DNA from: Blastocladiella emersonii ATCC 22665
Lineage: Eukaryota; Fungi; Blastocladiomycota
Length of the DNA: 64,000 nucleotides
Assembly: GCA_025594325.1 (NCBI GenBank)
Contig: JANHCV010000009.1
Span: forward strand, 1-64,000
Direction: 5' to 3'
Shown here: positions 11,864 to 23,500 of the stretch, piece by piece
How positions within the stretch are numbered: the stretch's first letter is position 1
Layout of the letters: each line of letters begins with the position of its first letter
Made by a program: the position numbers and the translations under genes
The notes under the pieces: generated by a model
The model's database searches: none
Told to the model about the DNA's origin: nothing
Seen by the model: only the letters and a program-made list of their open reading frames with translations

Positions 11864-12159
11864 GTTGTTTGAGGGCTCGAGAACACGATGCGTGAGGTTA
11901 GGTGTTGATTCGTTGCAATAAGTGCGGCTGCAAAGAGGTGGGAAAGATTTTATTGCGGGGGGGGGGGGGGGTCATCCAGCGGGGCGTTTGGTTCGCACGG
12001 CCGCTGAGATGAACGGGGGTGAGGTGAAACGTGGCAACTTTTTCAGCTGATCCACCTGATCTGAACCAAACGGGCCCTTATGTCGACCGTCCTCGCTTTC
12101 TGATCAACTTCGTTGACTCGAGTTGAGGGCAAGCCTAAAACTCGGGACAGCGGCAGGTC

Positions 12160-12531
12160 GTGATCGAAGTTTGGCGGCAGTCTCTTCGCTCGGACGCTCG
12201 CTCCCCCCGAGAATCTGACTACACCGTACCGTTCGCCGGCGTTCTTCGCGACGCGCTCGATGCCACCGACGCAAAACTCGAGTACCAGTGCGCTACCATG
12301 CTCGAGCTCTATGACGACGCGTTTCCCGTCCCCCACGTCGCACTCTTCTGTCCGCCGCACGCGCATGAGCCAAGCTGCCAGTTCTCGCGCCACCCGTTCA
12401 CGACCACGGGCCACGCGAAATGCCTGCCCGAGCGCATAAATGTCGCCGTTGCCACGATCAAGCCCGTACGGCTCGTCGGGCCGTGCCCGTTCTCCACCCC
12501 ACGCAGCTACCGTGGCCTTTTGCTTAGATAA
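12160..12531 (+). pseudogene. Coding-like fragment of unknown origin next to the Harbinger right end
   Basis: GC3-rich codons over DYTVPFAGVLRDALDATDAKLEYQCATMLELYDDAFP. The start is non-ATG and no family was recognised. Confidence 0.25.
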
Positions 12532-12601
12532 ATGCGGTCTTGGGGCAAATGTGAGCATTCAGGTTCGTCAGAGAACCTACTTGGACACGGGCAGGAGGCA
12601 A

Positions 12602-13170
12602 ACCGCGCGAATTCGGGTCGCCGTCGGCACGCACGCGCGAGGTAAGCGTGAGTACGCTGAGCAACGGACGCATCCTAAGGCCTCGCTCGGGCCGCGCGGC
12701 GAAAGCGTGAATCAACGCGGTACGGCGGGTGCACGCGCACGTCAAGGGCGACGATCCAGGGGGTTCCCGCCGCCGTGGCCGCCAGTTGAGCGAGGCGGCA
12801 GCACCCATGCTCTCGCGAAGCAGCAAGCCGCCCGCCAGCTGGGCTAGGCTACGAAAGCGCAAGGTCATAAAGCAGCAGGTGCGAAAGGCGGCGATTGCGG
12901 CCGACGAGCAGCAGCGGACCCCGAAGCGCACCGAACCGCGGTAGCCGCTCGCGGCGGCGCACCTCGCGCGCACCTCGCGCGCACCTCGCGCGCACCTCGC
13001 GCGCACACCAAACGCTGGCCCCGCTCGTGCGTGCGCGTGTGGCGACGACTCACCTGGCCCGCCATGAAGTTGCCGAGGCTGTGAGCACGTCCATGTAGGT
13101 CGGCTCGAACGGAGGTCGTGCGGCTCGGGAATGCATGCCAGCGGGGGACGAGCAGGTGGCTGGCGAGGAC
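12602..13170 (+). repeat. Long direct repeat, copy 1 (569 bp), containing 4 x 11-bp GCACCTCGCGC
   Basis: Matches 17571-18194 from accgcgcgaattcggg to caggtggc, with two mismatches in the last 10 bp. The VNTR spans 12959-13002. Confidence 0.95.
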
Positions 13171-15922
13171 GACGAAGCGGTCACGGTGGTCGGGTGAGGT
13201 TCGGCAGTGCAGATCGGCGGCGTGGGGCGACAGGGGGACCGGAACGAGGCGAGCGAGCGAGGGACGCTGGCTAGCGGGGCCCGCCGCTGAAGCAAACGTT
13301 CGCGCGCGACTAACGTAGGGCACGGCAAGCGGAAGGCGGCGTTCCCGACAAGGACGACGGGGACGGACGAGCTGCATCTGCATAGCTGACGAAGCAGTCC
13401 GACTGACGCTCAGCTCAGTCATACAGTAGTAGCGGTACAGCAGATGCGGCTGGGCACCTCACGACGGCGCCGATCCGCGTCAGGGCCTGTCCGGCGTGAT
13501 GTTGCACCAAGTTATCACGTTGCATCGGCTTTCATGGTCATGGTGCATGGGGCGTCAGTCGGCGAAGAGAGAGAAGAAGAGGAAGGCTCGGGCCTCCTCA
13601 CCTCTCCCTCCCGAAGCGCGCCCCGCGACGCGTCAGTCGCCGTCAGCTGACAAGGACGCGCAGCGCGGCGGCCACGGCCATGGCCACCGCGTGGCGTGGC
13701 GCGGCCTCGGTCGGTCAGGCACCCCGCTCAACAAGGCAAGGCACGACGTGGCACTGTAACTTGATGGAATCGCATGAACCTCGCCCGCAGCGTGCTCCGC
13801 GGGCTGCTCGCCCCTTGGGATCGCTCTCGCTCGCGCTCGCGCTCGCGCTCGGGCGCTGCAGCAACCGCTCGCCGGTTCCAAAGAGCAGCACAGCTGGTGG
13901 TCCTCTCCTCGTTCCGTATGCATGTGGCCGAGCGGTTGCTGTCGCATGCGCCGCGCTTGCCCGCCGCGCTTGCCCGCCGCGCTTGCCCGCCGCCGCCACC
14001 ACCACCACTCCACGCTCTACGTGCCAGCCAGCGCGTTTGCCCTCGCCCGCGAGCTCGACGGCCTTCGCACGCGCACGTCCGCGCCGTCGACCTCGGTCGT
14101 CGCCACTCCTCCGTGTGCAACCCAACGCGCGCGTCGCCCTGCTCTGCTCCACCGCGTCCGGCTTGACCTGCTGCCCCCGTCAGTCGCGCCGACCGACGTT
14201 TCCGCTCACGGCCGTGCACCGCTTTGAGTGTCGTTTGCGCGCCATCGCCCTTGACCACCGCCCGTCCTCGACGCTGCGGACCCCTGCTTCGAATCAGCTC
14301 GCCCTGCCCTCCCCAACTCGGCGCACCTCGAGTCGAGTCGAGTCGTCGCTGCCGAGCTGGTGCCGAGCTGCTGCTCCTGCTCGCACACGCCCTCTTCTTC
14401 CCCCAAAGTCTGAACGACGGTCGGAGCTCGAGCGGCGCGCGCGCCATCCGCTGTCGCCGCCCCCGTCGCGGACTACCAGCAGGCCCGTCGTCTCTCGCTA
14501 CAGCTACCTCTCTCGGCTTGTACTTTATGTGTCCGCGGCTTCTGGCCCTCGTTTCTTCCTCGCGCGGCGCGCCCGCTGCAGCAGCGGCTGGGCGCACCGA
14601 CGACCTCCGATTCTCGCTCGGCTCGGTGTGGGCCGCCCCCGAACGTTGCCGCCCTGAGCGAACGAGCGCGGCGCAGCTGTGGGATCAACGTCGGCATGTC
14701 CGTGGACGCAGCCGGCCGGCCAGCTGAGCAACGTCTCGGCCGTCACGCTGGCTGGTGGTACCGTACGGCGCGGCGAAGCGCCATCGAAACGGCCGCGCCG
14801 GGCGTGCGTGCTGCTGTGCTGCGCCCGCAGCCTTACGATGCCTTTCGATGCCTTTCGATGCCTTCGCCCGAACCTGACGCTTGGCCGCTCAAGCGTTCCC
14901 GCGTCGTTGCATTCGCCGCTTGCGAGCGCGCGCGGGTGCGTGCGTGTGATCGCGAAGCCGCGGTCAGCCGTCCCGGCTCGCGAGCCATGCCGGCGTCGCG
15001 AGCGCGATCGACCTCACCCATGCGGTCGACCCGGTGGTCCAAGATGCGTGCGCAGCCTGTTCGTCGTCGCTGTCAAGTCGGGCGTGACCTGCGCACCACG
15101 GGCCAAGCGACCGCGCCGCCGACCGACGACCGACGACCTCCCACGGCGAGCTCCAGTCGCCCGCAGCCGAGGCCGCCGCGGCGGTGGTTCGGCTTCGGAC
15201 CCCGCCGTATCCTGCTCGTGCTCGCTGCTCGCTGCTCGCTGCTTGCGTCAGAGCGCCAGAGTCCTTGTCGGTGGCGGTGGCCGCGTGGCAGGCAGCAGGG
15301 GCGCGGCGCGGGCGGAGTATAAAGGGCGCCTCGTCGCCGCGCGCGGCCCTCGCTCTCTCGCCTGATCACGACCCGCTATATTACCTCACCACTCCATGAA
15401 ACGCATCCATGTATACCACATCAACACGTCGCACATGCCGCGGCGGCACCATGCGCCCATGACCTCGTCGCTTGTTGTCGCTGGCGGGGCGCGCCAAACC
15501 TCGAGCGACTTGCCCTCGCGCGCATCGCCCCCTCGCTGCGGCCGTTGTGCTGGAGCGGCTGCGGTCGGTGGCATGGCCGTCCCGCGCGCACGCGACACTC
15601 TGCCCGCTGCCGCTGCCGCTGCCCCCGCGTGTGCCGGCACACGCCAGCTGCACACCCGTTGTAAGCCGCCGCCGCCCCTTGGATCGTTGCCACCCGAAGC
15701 AGCGCCAGCAGCAGCACGCTTTGGCTCGGTCGCTCGCGAGCCTGGCGGCGGGCGCCGTGGTTGCTTGATCTCTCGCCTTCGGCGTTCCGTGCTCCGTCCA
15801 GCCTTCACGACGTCCTCCGCCACCGTGCTCCTCGACCGCTTGCTACTGCTTTGCCGTCTGGATGAAGCCTCGCTCTCGCTCTCGCGCTCAGGTGCGCGCG
15901 TTCAACCTGTCGCCGTCCACGC

Positions 15923-16375
15923 TCAACCTTGCTGCGTCCAAACATGCTCCCCGCTACCCGGCGAGAGCGTCGCCGTCCTCGAGCGCCGCTGCGTGCCGCG
16001 GCTCATCCTGGCAGCCGGCCCCGCTTCTACTTTATGCTGCCGTCGTCGCGTCGGGCCAGGTCCCTCTTGGACGCGTGCCACATCGGCAACCCTTTTCCGC
16101 GCGGCGCGGCTCGGCGCGAATCTCGCGTACTTGGTGGCGCCCAAGCCGCGATGCTTCGTGCCGGCCACATCGCCGTCCTCCTCGGAGCTCATGTCCTCGC
16201 GCGACAGCAGGTCGACGCCAAACAGCGCCGACGGCTCCTTCGCCGCGGACCGCCCCGCTTCTTGGCGATGCGTGGCGATGCGCGTGAGGTCGGCCGACCG
16301 CAGGACGCGAGTCGGGTGGGGATCTTCGTTCTCGTCAACCAGCTCGGCGGCGGTCGGCATGCCGAACTTCCGAAC
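15923..16375 (-). pseudogene. Coding-like remnant with an LLSREDMSSEED...Y..FAP motif, possibly a DNA-transposon accessory ORF
   Basis: GC3-rich codons in ORF 15923..16360. The motif recalls the dxMSSEES...Y....P pattern of transposon-associated hypothetical proteins. The downstream frame is broken by stops. Confidence 0.3.
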
Positions 16376-17570
16376 TTGCGCGCGCGCCGTCGCGGGGGCG
16401 CGATCGCGGGCGACGACAGGTTGGACGACGACAGGTTGGGCGCGCGCCGGACGGGAACATCAAACGGACGCAACGGGTTAGCTTAGCTCGCGGACGGCGA
16501 GCTCATGAACGTCGGGCAACCCGCCGCTCGTTCCTCCCGCGTACGAGGCGGCGCACACACCTCCTCGCGCGCGCGCGCCTTGGAACGGCCACCGCCGCCA
16601 CTACAGCGCCCGTGTCTCGCGCGTCGCCGCCGCGTCGACCACACGCACGCCGCCCCTCGAGGCGCCACTGCGCGACCAGCAGAACAGCCCCGCCCCGCCG
16701 CATGCATAGCTCGAGTGAAGCGCACACGCAGGTCCAGGACCCGGCGGTCGGCCATGTTGCTTGCTGCTTCTTCGCCTTGGTCGTCGACCCGGCGGCCATG
16801 TTGCCGCGCTTTGCCTTGGTCGACCCGGCGGCGGTCATGATGCTGATTAGCGGCGATTGTGATCGTGGGCAAAGGATGGCGAGCGAAGCCAGTGGACGCG
16901 GTCGCGGGCCCGAGCAGTGGGAGCAGAGTGCCGCCCGGCCCTATGGCCAACCCAGTGAGCGAGCGAGGTGGAGCTCGAATACGTGAACTAACCACCCCCC
17001 GATGCGTGCAGGGCCGTCAAACGACGCCGTAAAATTATGCTCACTAGTCTAAAATATCTCATGATATATCAGAAGATTACGTGCAAAGTTTGAGCCAGAT
17101 CCGAGACAGGTCGGGAGCTGCCAGATTGAGCGTTACGTGCTTGAATTGCCATCCCGCGCCGCGAGCTCGTCGCGACGACCGCGAGTGAAAAACTTTTTCG
17201 CCTCGGCGCGCCCGAACACGATCTCAACACCCCCATGCTTTGACTCGGGGATTTTTGCATTTCTGGGGTCCCTGATGGTCCCTGATCACGATTCAGTGAT
17301 AAACAAGAATTATTGTTTTTGGGGGTTGAATTCATGTGTCTAAGTCGGCGGGCGGCGGGTGGCGGGCGGCGGGCTGGCTGGGCCGGGCGGCGGCCAGCGT
17401 CCCCGCCGCGCCATCGTGGCGCACGCGCGCGAGCGCGCAAGTCCAGACAGACGCCTTTCTGGCCCGAGCGTCGTAACAAAGGCGCCGCACATTATCACCA
17501 CGCGTGCGTGCCTCCCTCCGCTCACTCAGTCTCGTCAGAGTGTCGGCATGGGTGGCGGGGAGGGTAGTAG

Positions 17571-18194
17571 ACCGCGCGAATTCGGGTCGCCGTCGGCACG
17601 CACGCGCGAGGTAAGCGTGAGTACGCTGAGCAACGGACGCATCCTAAGGCCTCGCTCGGGCCGCGCGGCGAAAGCGTGAATCAACGCGGTACGGCGGGTG
17701 CACGCGCACGTCAAGGGCGACGATCCAGGGGGTTCCCGCCGCCGTGGCCGCCAGTTGAGCGAGGCGGCAGCACCCATGCTCTCGCGAAGCAGCAAGCCGC
17801 CCGCCAGCTGGGCTAGGCTACGAAAGCGCAAGGTCATAAAGCAGCAGGTGCGAAAGGCGGCGATTGCGGCCGACGAGCAGCAGCGGACCCCGAAGCGCAC
17901 CGAACCGCGGTAGCCGCTCGCGGCGGCGCACCTCGCGCGCACCTCGCGCGCACCTCGCGCGCACCTCGCGCGCACCTCGCGCGCACCTCGCGCGCACCTC
18001 GCGCGCACCTCGCGCGCACCTCGCGCGCACACCAAACGCTGGCCCCGCTCGTGCGTGCGCGTGTGGCGACGACTCACCTGGCCCGCCATGAAGTTGCCGA
18101 GGCTGTGAGCACGTCCATGTAGGTCGGCTCGAACGGAGGTCGTGCGGCTCGGGAATGCATGCCAGCGGGGGACGAGCAGGTGGCCGGTGAGGAC
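17571..18194 (+). repeat. Long direct repeat, copy 2 (624 bp), containing 9 x 11-bp GCACCTCGCGC
   Basis: Same sequence as 12602-13170. The 55-bp length difference is exactly five extra VNTR units (17928-18026). Confidence 0.95.
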
Positions 18195-18586
18195 CAGGCA
18201 AAAGCAGTTACCAAAGCACGACATTCGATGGCATCCTGCCACCCAGGTCAAGATCGGGTTTGACTCGACAGTATATCACTCTGGACGGCGCGTTGCAAGT
18301 CGGCCATAATCTTCCTCGCAGTGTCAAAGCGGTTGCCGCCGGCTCCTGTGACAGCTCTTCTTCATGTTGGTCACGTACGACGACGACTTGGTCTGTCAAC
18401 ATTGTGTTGCATCAGCTTGCATCCTGTCATCATTAAGGGGAGAGAAGCAGTGAGAAGGCAAGTGCTCGCTGTGTCTTGGCGCGAGCGAGTCCCTCGGTCA
18501 AAACGCGACGCGTTCTCCGCGAACGGTCCTCGCTCTTCTCCCCGTTCGCCCTCCGCAACGCTGATGAATCAAATGAACTAACCGCG

Positions 18587-20216
18587 ATGCCGGCCTCTCT
18601 TCACATCCGCCACATCATCGAGCGTATCCTGGTCCCCGCCGTCCTGCTGAGCGCCCAGGACGACCCTGCGGCTCTTGTGCAGTATGCGCGCGTGATGCGC
18701 ATGGACCTGATTCCGCGTGTCCACCGCGCAATGCTCTTGTACTCGCCCTTCTACTCTGTGGAGCAGGCGACGCGTCGAGGCCACACGGCTGTTTTCGACA
18801 AGCGCGTCGCCTTGGGAATGCCAGTCTCGCTCTACCACCAAGAGTTTCTCGTCGCGCAGCACGCACGCCAGCTCCGGCCACTCGAATGGGTCCGCGACTC
18901 CGGCTTGCACGTGTCCCTAAACGACTCAGCCGCGTCTGCTCTTAGATCTACTCTGCGCCGCCCGCGTTTGCCGCTGGCGTGGATTCAGCTGCTGCGGCCA
19001 TTGTCACTGGCCAAGTCACGACCCTACGACGCGAGGAGCAGCCCTTGAGTGATGCAGGCGTCCAGCGGCTTCGCGACGCGTTCGACAGCCCGAATCAAGC
19101 GCTCACGGCGCTTGCCCTGATCGCTTGCTGCATCGACCCACCGCGCCTGTACGCGCTCCGCTTCCCCGCCACGCTAAATGAGCTCGATTTGTCGGCTAAT
19201 TGGTTTCCTCTGACCGACGGTGGTCGCTACCGCCGCGACTGGGATTGGCCTCGGCAGCTTCGCACTCTCAAGCTTAGCTCGAATCCTCTTTACCCCGCAT
19301 CGGTCCCGCTGCTCCTTCATGGCCTGCCGCCGCAGCTTTCGTCCCTGACGCTCGTGCGCTGCGGCATTGACGACGAGACCGCGCGTGCGATTTTCCCCCT
19401 TCTCCCGCGGACTCTCCGTGCCCTGGACCTTGCACACAACATGATGACGGGTCTTGGGCTCTCAATCAATTGTCGCTTACTCCCCGTCCAGCTCGAGCGC
19501 CTGGATCTATACTTCAACGAGCTTGGACAGTCCGCGAACGCCAAGGTCGAGTAGTCCTTCCCACCCTGTCTGCGCGAGGTCAATGTGGGTGAGAACGGAC
19601 TCAGCCCGTAAAAAGCAGGCGTGCTGGCGGTCCGCGTCGTCTCGAGGTACTTCGCATCTCTGGTCTGAACTACACAGAGGACTCGGCCCGCGAACTCGCA
19701 GAGCGCTTCCCTGCGGCGCTCAAGGTCCTCGACTTTGGCTTGTTCGCCGTAGACCTCGAGCTTCTCGTTATTTTCCTCGAACGCATCCCTGCTGGCGTGG
19801 AGGAGCTGGTCATCGGAACGCACGCGTGGACTCCTGACGCCTTTGCTGCAGCTGTTCCCCGCCTGCCTCGTTCGCTTCGACTGCTCTCGTTGGAAGGTTC
19901 GCTGATCGGGCTCGTCGGCGTGCGAGCGCTCGCCAAGCACTTGCTGCCGCGGCTCGAGTTCCTGGACCTGCGCGCGACGGGTCTCACTGACCCCGTTATG
20001 CAGCACCTCGTCCCCGCGCTGCCGAAGTCCCTTGTGCATTTGGATCTCCGCGTCAACGAGGACATCACGGACGCGTCGGCGGTGTTGCTCGCTCAGCACC
20101 TGCCGCCGCGCCTCGAGACACTTTGCGTTCAGGGCACGTCCATGACGGACGCTGGCCTCGCGCGGATTCGCGAGGCTGCTGGGCCGCGTCGAGTTCTCGC
20201 CATCAACAACACTTGA
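18587..20216 (+). pseudogene. RNI-like leucine-rich-repeat protein pseudogene with an ankyrin-like N-terminal patch
   Basis: LRR units LNELDLSAN, LRTLKLSSN, LRALDLAHN, LERLDLYFN, LEFLDLRAT and LVHLDLRVN, plus EQATRRGHTAVF. Frameshift near 19040. In-frame stops at 19552 (TAG) and 19609 (TAA) flank LRR-like sequence (SFPPCLREVNVGEN), so they are not intronic. Confidence 0.85.
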
Positions 20217-20534
20217 GATGATGAAGAGTTTCATTTCTCATCCGTATAATATATCCCCATTTTTTTATGACTTGAACGCAGGACCGTCGTAGCACTCGGT
20301 TGAGGCGCGACATGAACAACGCGTCCGCGGTGTGACCGCTTTCATTCCACTCGCCAGCTGACCAAGCTCTGCCCACGTCCCAGCGCCAAGAACGGTCGAG
20401 GATTACCTGTAAGGTGGGGTAGTGTATCGATAGAATGAATCAAAAAGCGGAAACACCCGCGGGACGAGTTGGACGTCGATGGGATGGGTAGATGGGAGAA
20501 GCATCGCGACCAAAAAATCGGACCAACAAAACGA

Positions 20535-23500
20535 CTAGGAAGAAGACTCGGCCGTTGCCGCCGCCGGCGACGTGGGCCTTGGTCCCGCTGCGATCGCGGC
20601 AGCGGGCTCACCGGCTCCTCGTCCGGGCGACGTCGAAGCCGCGGCGGCGCTTGGCCTGCTGGACGCGGATCTCGACTCGGCAGTCGACGAGGGCGACGCG
20701 GGCGTGCCGCGGCCCCCGCTGCTACCGGGAGTCGGCGACTTGCCCGGCCGGCGCCAGTCGCCGTCGAGGTCGCGGTGCTTGACCGACTTGCTGTGCCCGT
20801 AGTGCTGGCTGCCGTTGCCGCCGAAGGTCGTGCCGTTGGCGCCCGAGCTCGCGGTACCGCTGCTGCTCGTGGTGCTGCCGTTACCCGCGGAACCCGAGGC
20901 AGCCGCGCTTGAAGCCGGTGATGCCGCTGCACCCGACCGGCCGCGCGGGCCGCTGCTGAGCCCAGCGCTGACGCCGCCGCGCACGGGCGACGGATGCGGC
21001 GAGGACGTCGCCGAGACCGCGGACCCGCCCAGCGAGTCGGACGGCACGGGCGCCTTCTGCACCACTTGCGCCCACGAGAAGGCGCTGCCAGCGTCCGAGT
21101 TGTCGTTACCACCCGTCGACCGGGCGGCGCTACTGGCCGGCGGCGACGTGGACCGGGCGGCCGATGCAGCCGCGGGGCCCGCGGATCCGGGCGCGGGTGC
21201 ACCCGCAGCAGCGGCAGCAGCTGCCGCAATCGTAGCTGCGGCGGTCGTCGTACCCGAGTTCCACGCGTTGACCACGGGCGGCGCGGCCGGCGCGGCGACC
21301 GCGAGGTGAGCAGGCCGCGCGGGGCTCGCCGACGTCCGCGCCGACGCTGCGGAACCGGAGTTCGGCACCCCCGTGGACGCCGCGGCCCTCGCGACAATCT
21401 CGGCGGCGGTCGGAGCGCCGGGAGCGCCGAGCGTGACAATGGACGAGCGGCGCGATCCGGGCGCCGACGCGGGTGCAGGGAGCGGCCAGGACTCGACGGG
21501 CTCGGCGGGCGCCGACGCAGCGGGTGCTGCAATGGCGGTACCGACGGCGGGGACCGGGTCGTTCCACGGCTGCATCGGGATGTTGGCGGCGATGGCCGAC
21601 GCAGCGGACGCGGGGATCGTGGGGCTGGGCGCGAGGGCAGCCGATTGCCGCGCCTTCTCGGCGGCCGCGGCTGACTTTTTCTTCTTCTTCTTGCCGGTCG
21701 GCGACGCGGTGCCCAGGGTGGCTGGCGCGGACGACAGCTGCTGCTGCTGCTGCTTCTTGGCCGACCCACCGTTGCTGCTACCGCCGCCGCTCTTCTCGTC
21801 GTCAGCCTTGGCGCTGCGTTGCCGCTGCTGCTTCGGCGGCTGCTGCTGCGCTGGCGCGGGGGACGGAACCACCTCAGCCTGCGCGGTCGGTGCCGCGGCA
21901 GGCGCGGGTGGCGCACTCGCGAACAGCGCGCGCGACGCGTTGGCCTGGAGCAGCTTAACGGCGGTGGCGGTGATCGAGGACGACGCGGCGGCGGTCGACG
22001 CAATGCGGCGCTCGACCTCGTCGGCGGTCGCGGCGAGCGGGAGGATCAGGTCGCCGGCCTCGGCGGACCAGCTGCGGCGCTTGACGAGGACGGGCGTCAC
22101 CGTCGTCGAGGCGGGCGAGAGTAGTGGGCCGTGGGCGGCGGCGGCAGGTGCTGGCCCAGCGGGAGCCGCAGTCCGAGACGGCGCAGCTGGATCGTGTTGC
22201 CGGTGCGCACCGGCCGCCACCGGCGGCGCGAAACCGCGCGCACGCTGCTCCTGCTGCTGAGCGAGCGCCGCGGGCACGACGCCGCTGCGCGGGCCGGGGA
22301 CCTGGTACGCGAGCGCGTGCTGCGCGCCCTGGAACTCGTGCAGCGACGGGCGGGTACTCAGCGCGCTGCTGTACCGGCGCGCGCGCTCGGGGATCCCGGC
22401 GTTGTCGCCGCTCGTCCTACGGAAACTGGTCACGACATCCGGCGCGCGGAACGAGTCGGCGTACGAGACCGAGGCCGAGTTGGTGTGCTGCTGCTGCGGG
22501 TGCTGCGTGCTGGTGCGGCGCGGGAGGAGGAGGAACTGCTGTTGCTGGAGGTGCTGCAGCGGCTGCTGGACGTACGCGTGGCCCGCGTGGTGCTGGAGCT
22601 GGTGGTGCAGCGGATGCTGAGGTGCGGGGCGTGGATCGTCCCCGCCGGGCGCGGAGGCGGCCGCGGTGGGCGGGGGCGGGGACGAGTCTGCGGGCGACGA
22701 TGACGAAGGAGGGCTCGCGTTTCCGCTCCCCTTTCTCCGGTCGCGTCGCGCGGCAGGCGCTGGACCGACGAGTGCCGGCTGCTGCGCGCCGCCGCCGCTG
22801 TTGCCCTGGTAGTACCCGGACGAGGCGGCAGCGGCAGCGGCAGCAGCCGCGGCGGCCGCCATGGCGCTCGAGCCCGCAGCACCGGGACCGCCGGAGCCAA
22901 GTGGCGGCATGTAGTAGTACCAGACCTCGCCGTTGGCGGGCGGCGAGCCCGGGGCATTACTAGAGACACGGCGAGGGAGTGAGCAAGGCGAGTCGACGCA
23001 GGGATCAGCGACACGGCGTACCTAGCCGAACCCGGCGCGGGAGCACCAGGCGCTGGTGCCGTGGAAGGCAACGGTCGGGCGGGCGGCGAGCTGGTCGAGT
23101 ACTGGTACTGGTACTGGTGGGCAAACTGCGGCGACGTCGCGGTGCTTGCCGATCCCGATAATGGCGGCGCACCGCCGCCCGTTCCCGCCTGCGATGGCGG
23201 CGGCTGGTGGCGCGGCGACACGAGCGCGTGTCCCGGCGCGGCATACGACGGCGAGCCCTGCTGGTACTGCCCGTGGTGATGCGGGGGGTGGTGAGGGTGG
23301 TGGTGCGCGCGCGGTGAGGTTACAACCACCGGCGCCGCGGGAGCGACGGGGTGCGCGCTCTGGACCGGCGACGCGAGCGCGAGCAGCGGTGCTGGTGGCG
23401 CGGCGGGCGGCGGTAGAGAGTGCGGTCGTCCCGCAGCGACGACAGCGGGAGCGGTACCCGGCGGCGCGGGGAAGTGGAACTTTTCGCACAGGTGGCGCAT

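Larger units (their letters stand above)
9634..12077. mobile_element. PIF/Harbinger DNA transposon (2444 bp)
   Basis: Perfect 15-bp TIRs GGGCCCGTTTGGTTC (9634-9648) and GAACCAAACGGGCCC (12063-12077). TTA target-site duplication at 9631-9633 and 12078-12080. Subterminal inverted 13-mer ATCAGGTGGATCA (9657-9669 / 12048-12060). Two convergent ORFs inside. Confidence 0.97.
12602..18195. mobile_element. Putative non-autonomous direct-repeat-bounded element (LARD/LTR-like or composite), 5.6 kb
   Basis: Terminal direct repeats, AGGCAA on both flanks (12596-12601 and 18196-18201) and a purine-rich tract ggcggggagggtagtag just before copy 2. There are no TG..CA ends and no gag/pol/recombinase inside. 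Confidence 0.4.

Noticed and set aside
13161-13178. Primer-binding site TGGCGAGGAC after direct-repeat copy 1
   Set aside because: It aligns 8/10 with the end of copy 2, so it is part of the repeat. I could not match it to a tRNA 3' end.
15396-16481. 361-aa ORF downstream of a TATAAA (~15317)
   Set aside because: The codon usage is not coding-like, there is no motif, and the opposite strand shows the better coding signal. The TATA may still mark a non-coding transcript.
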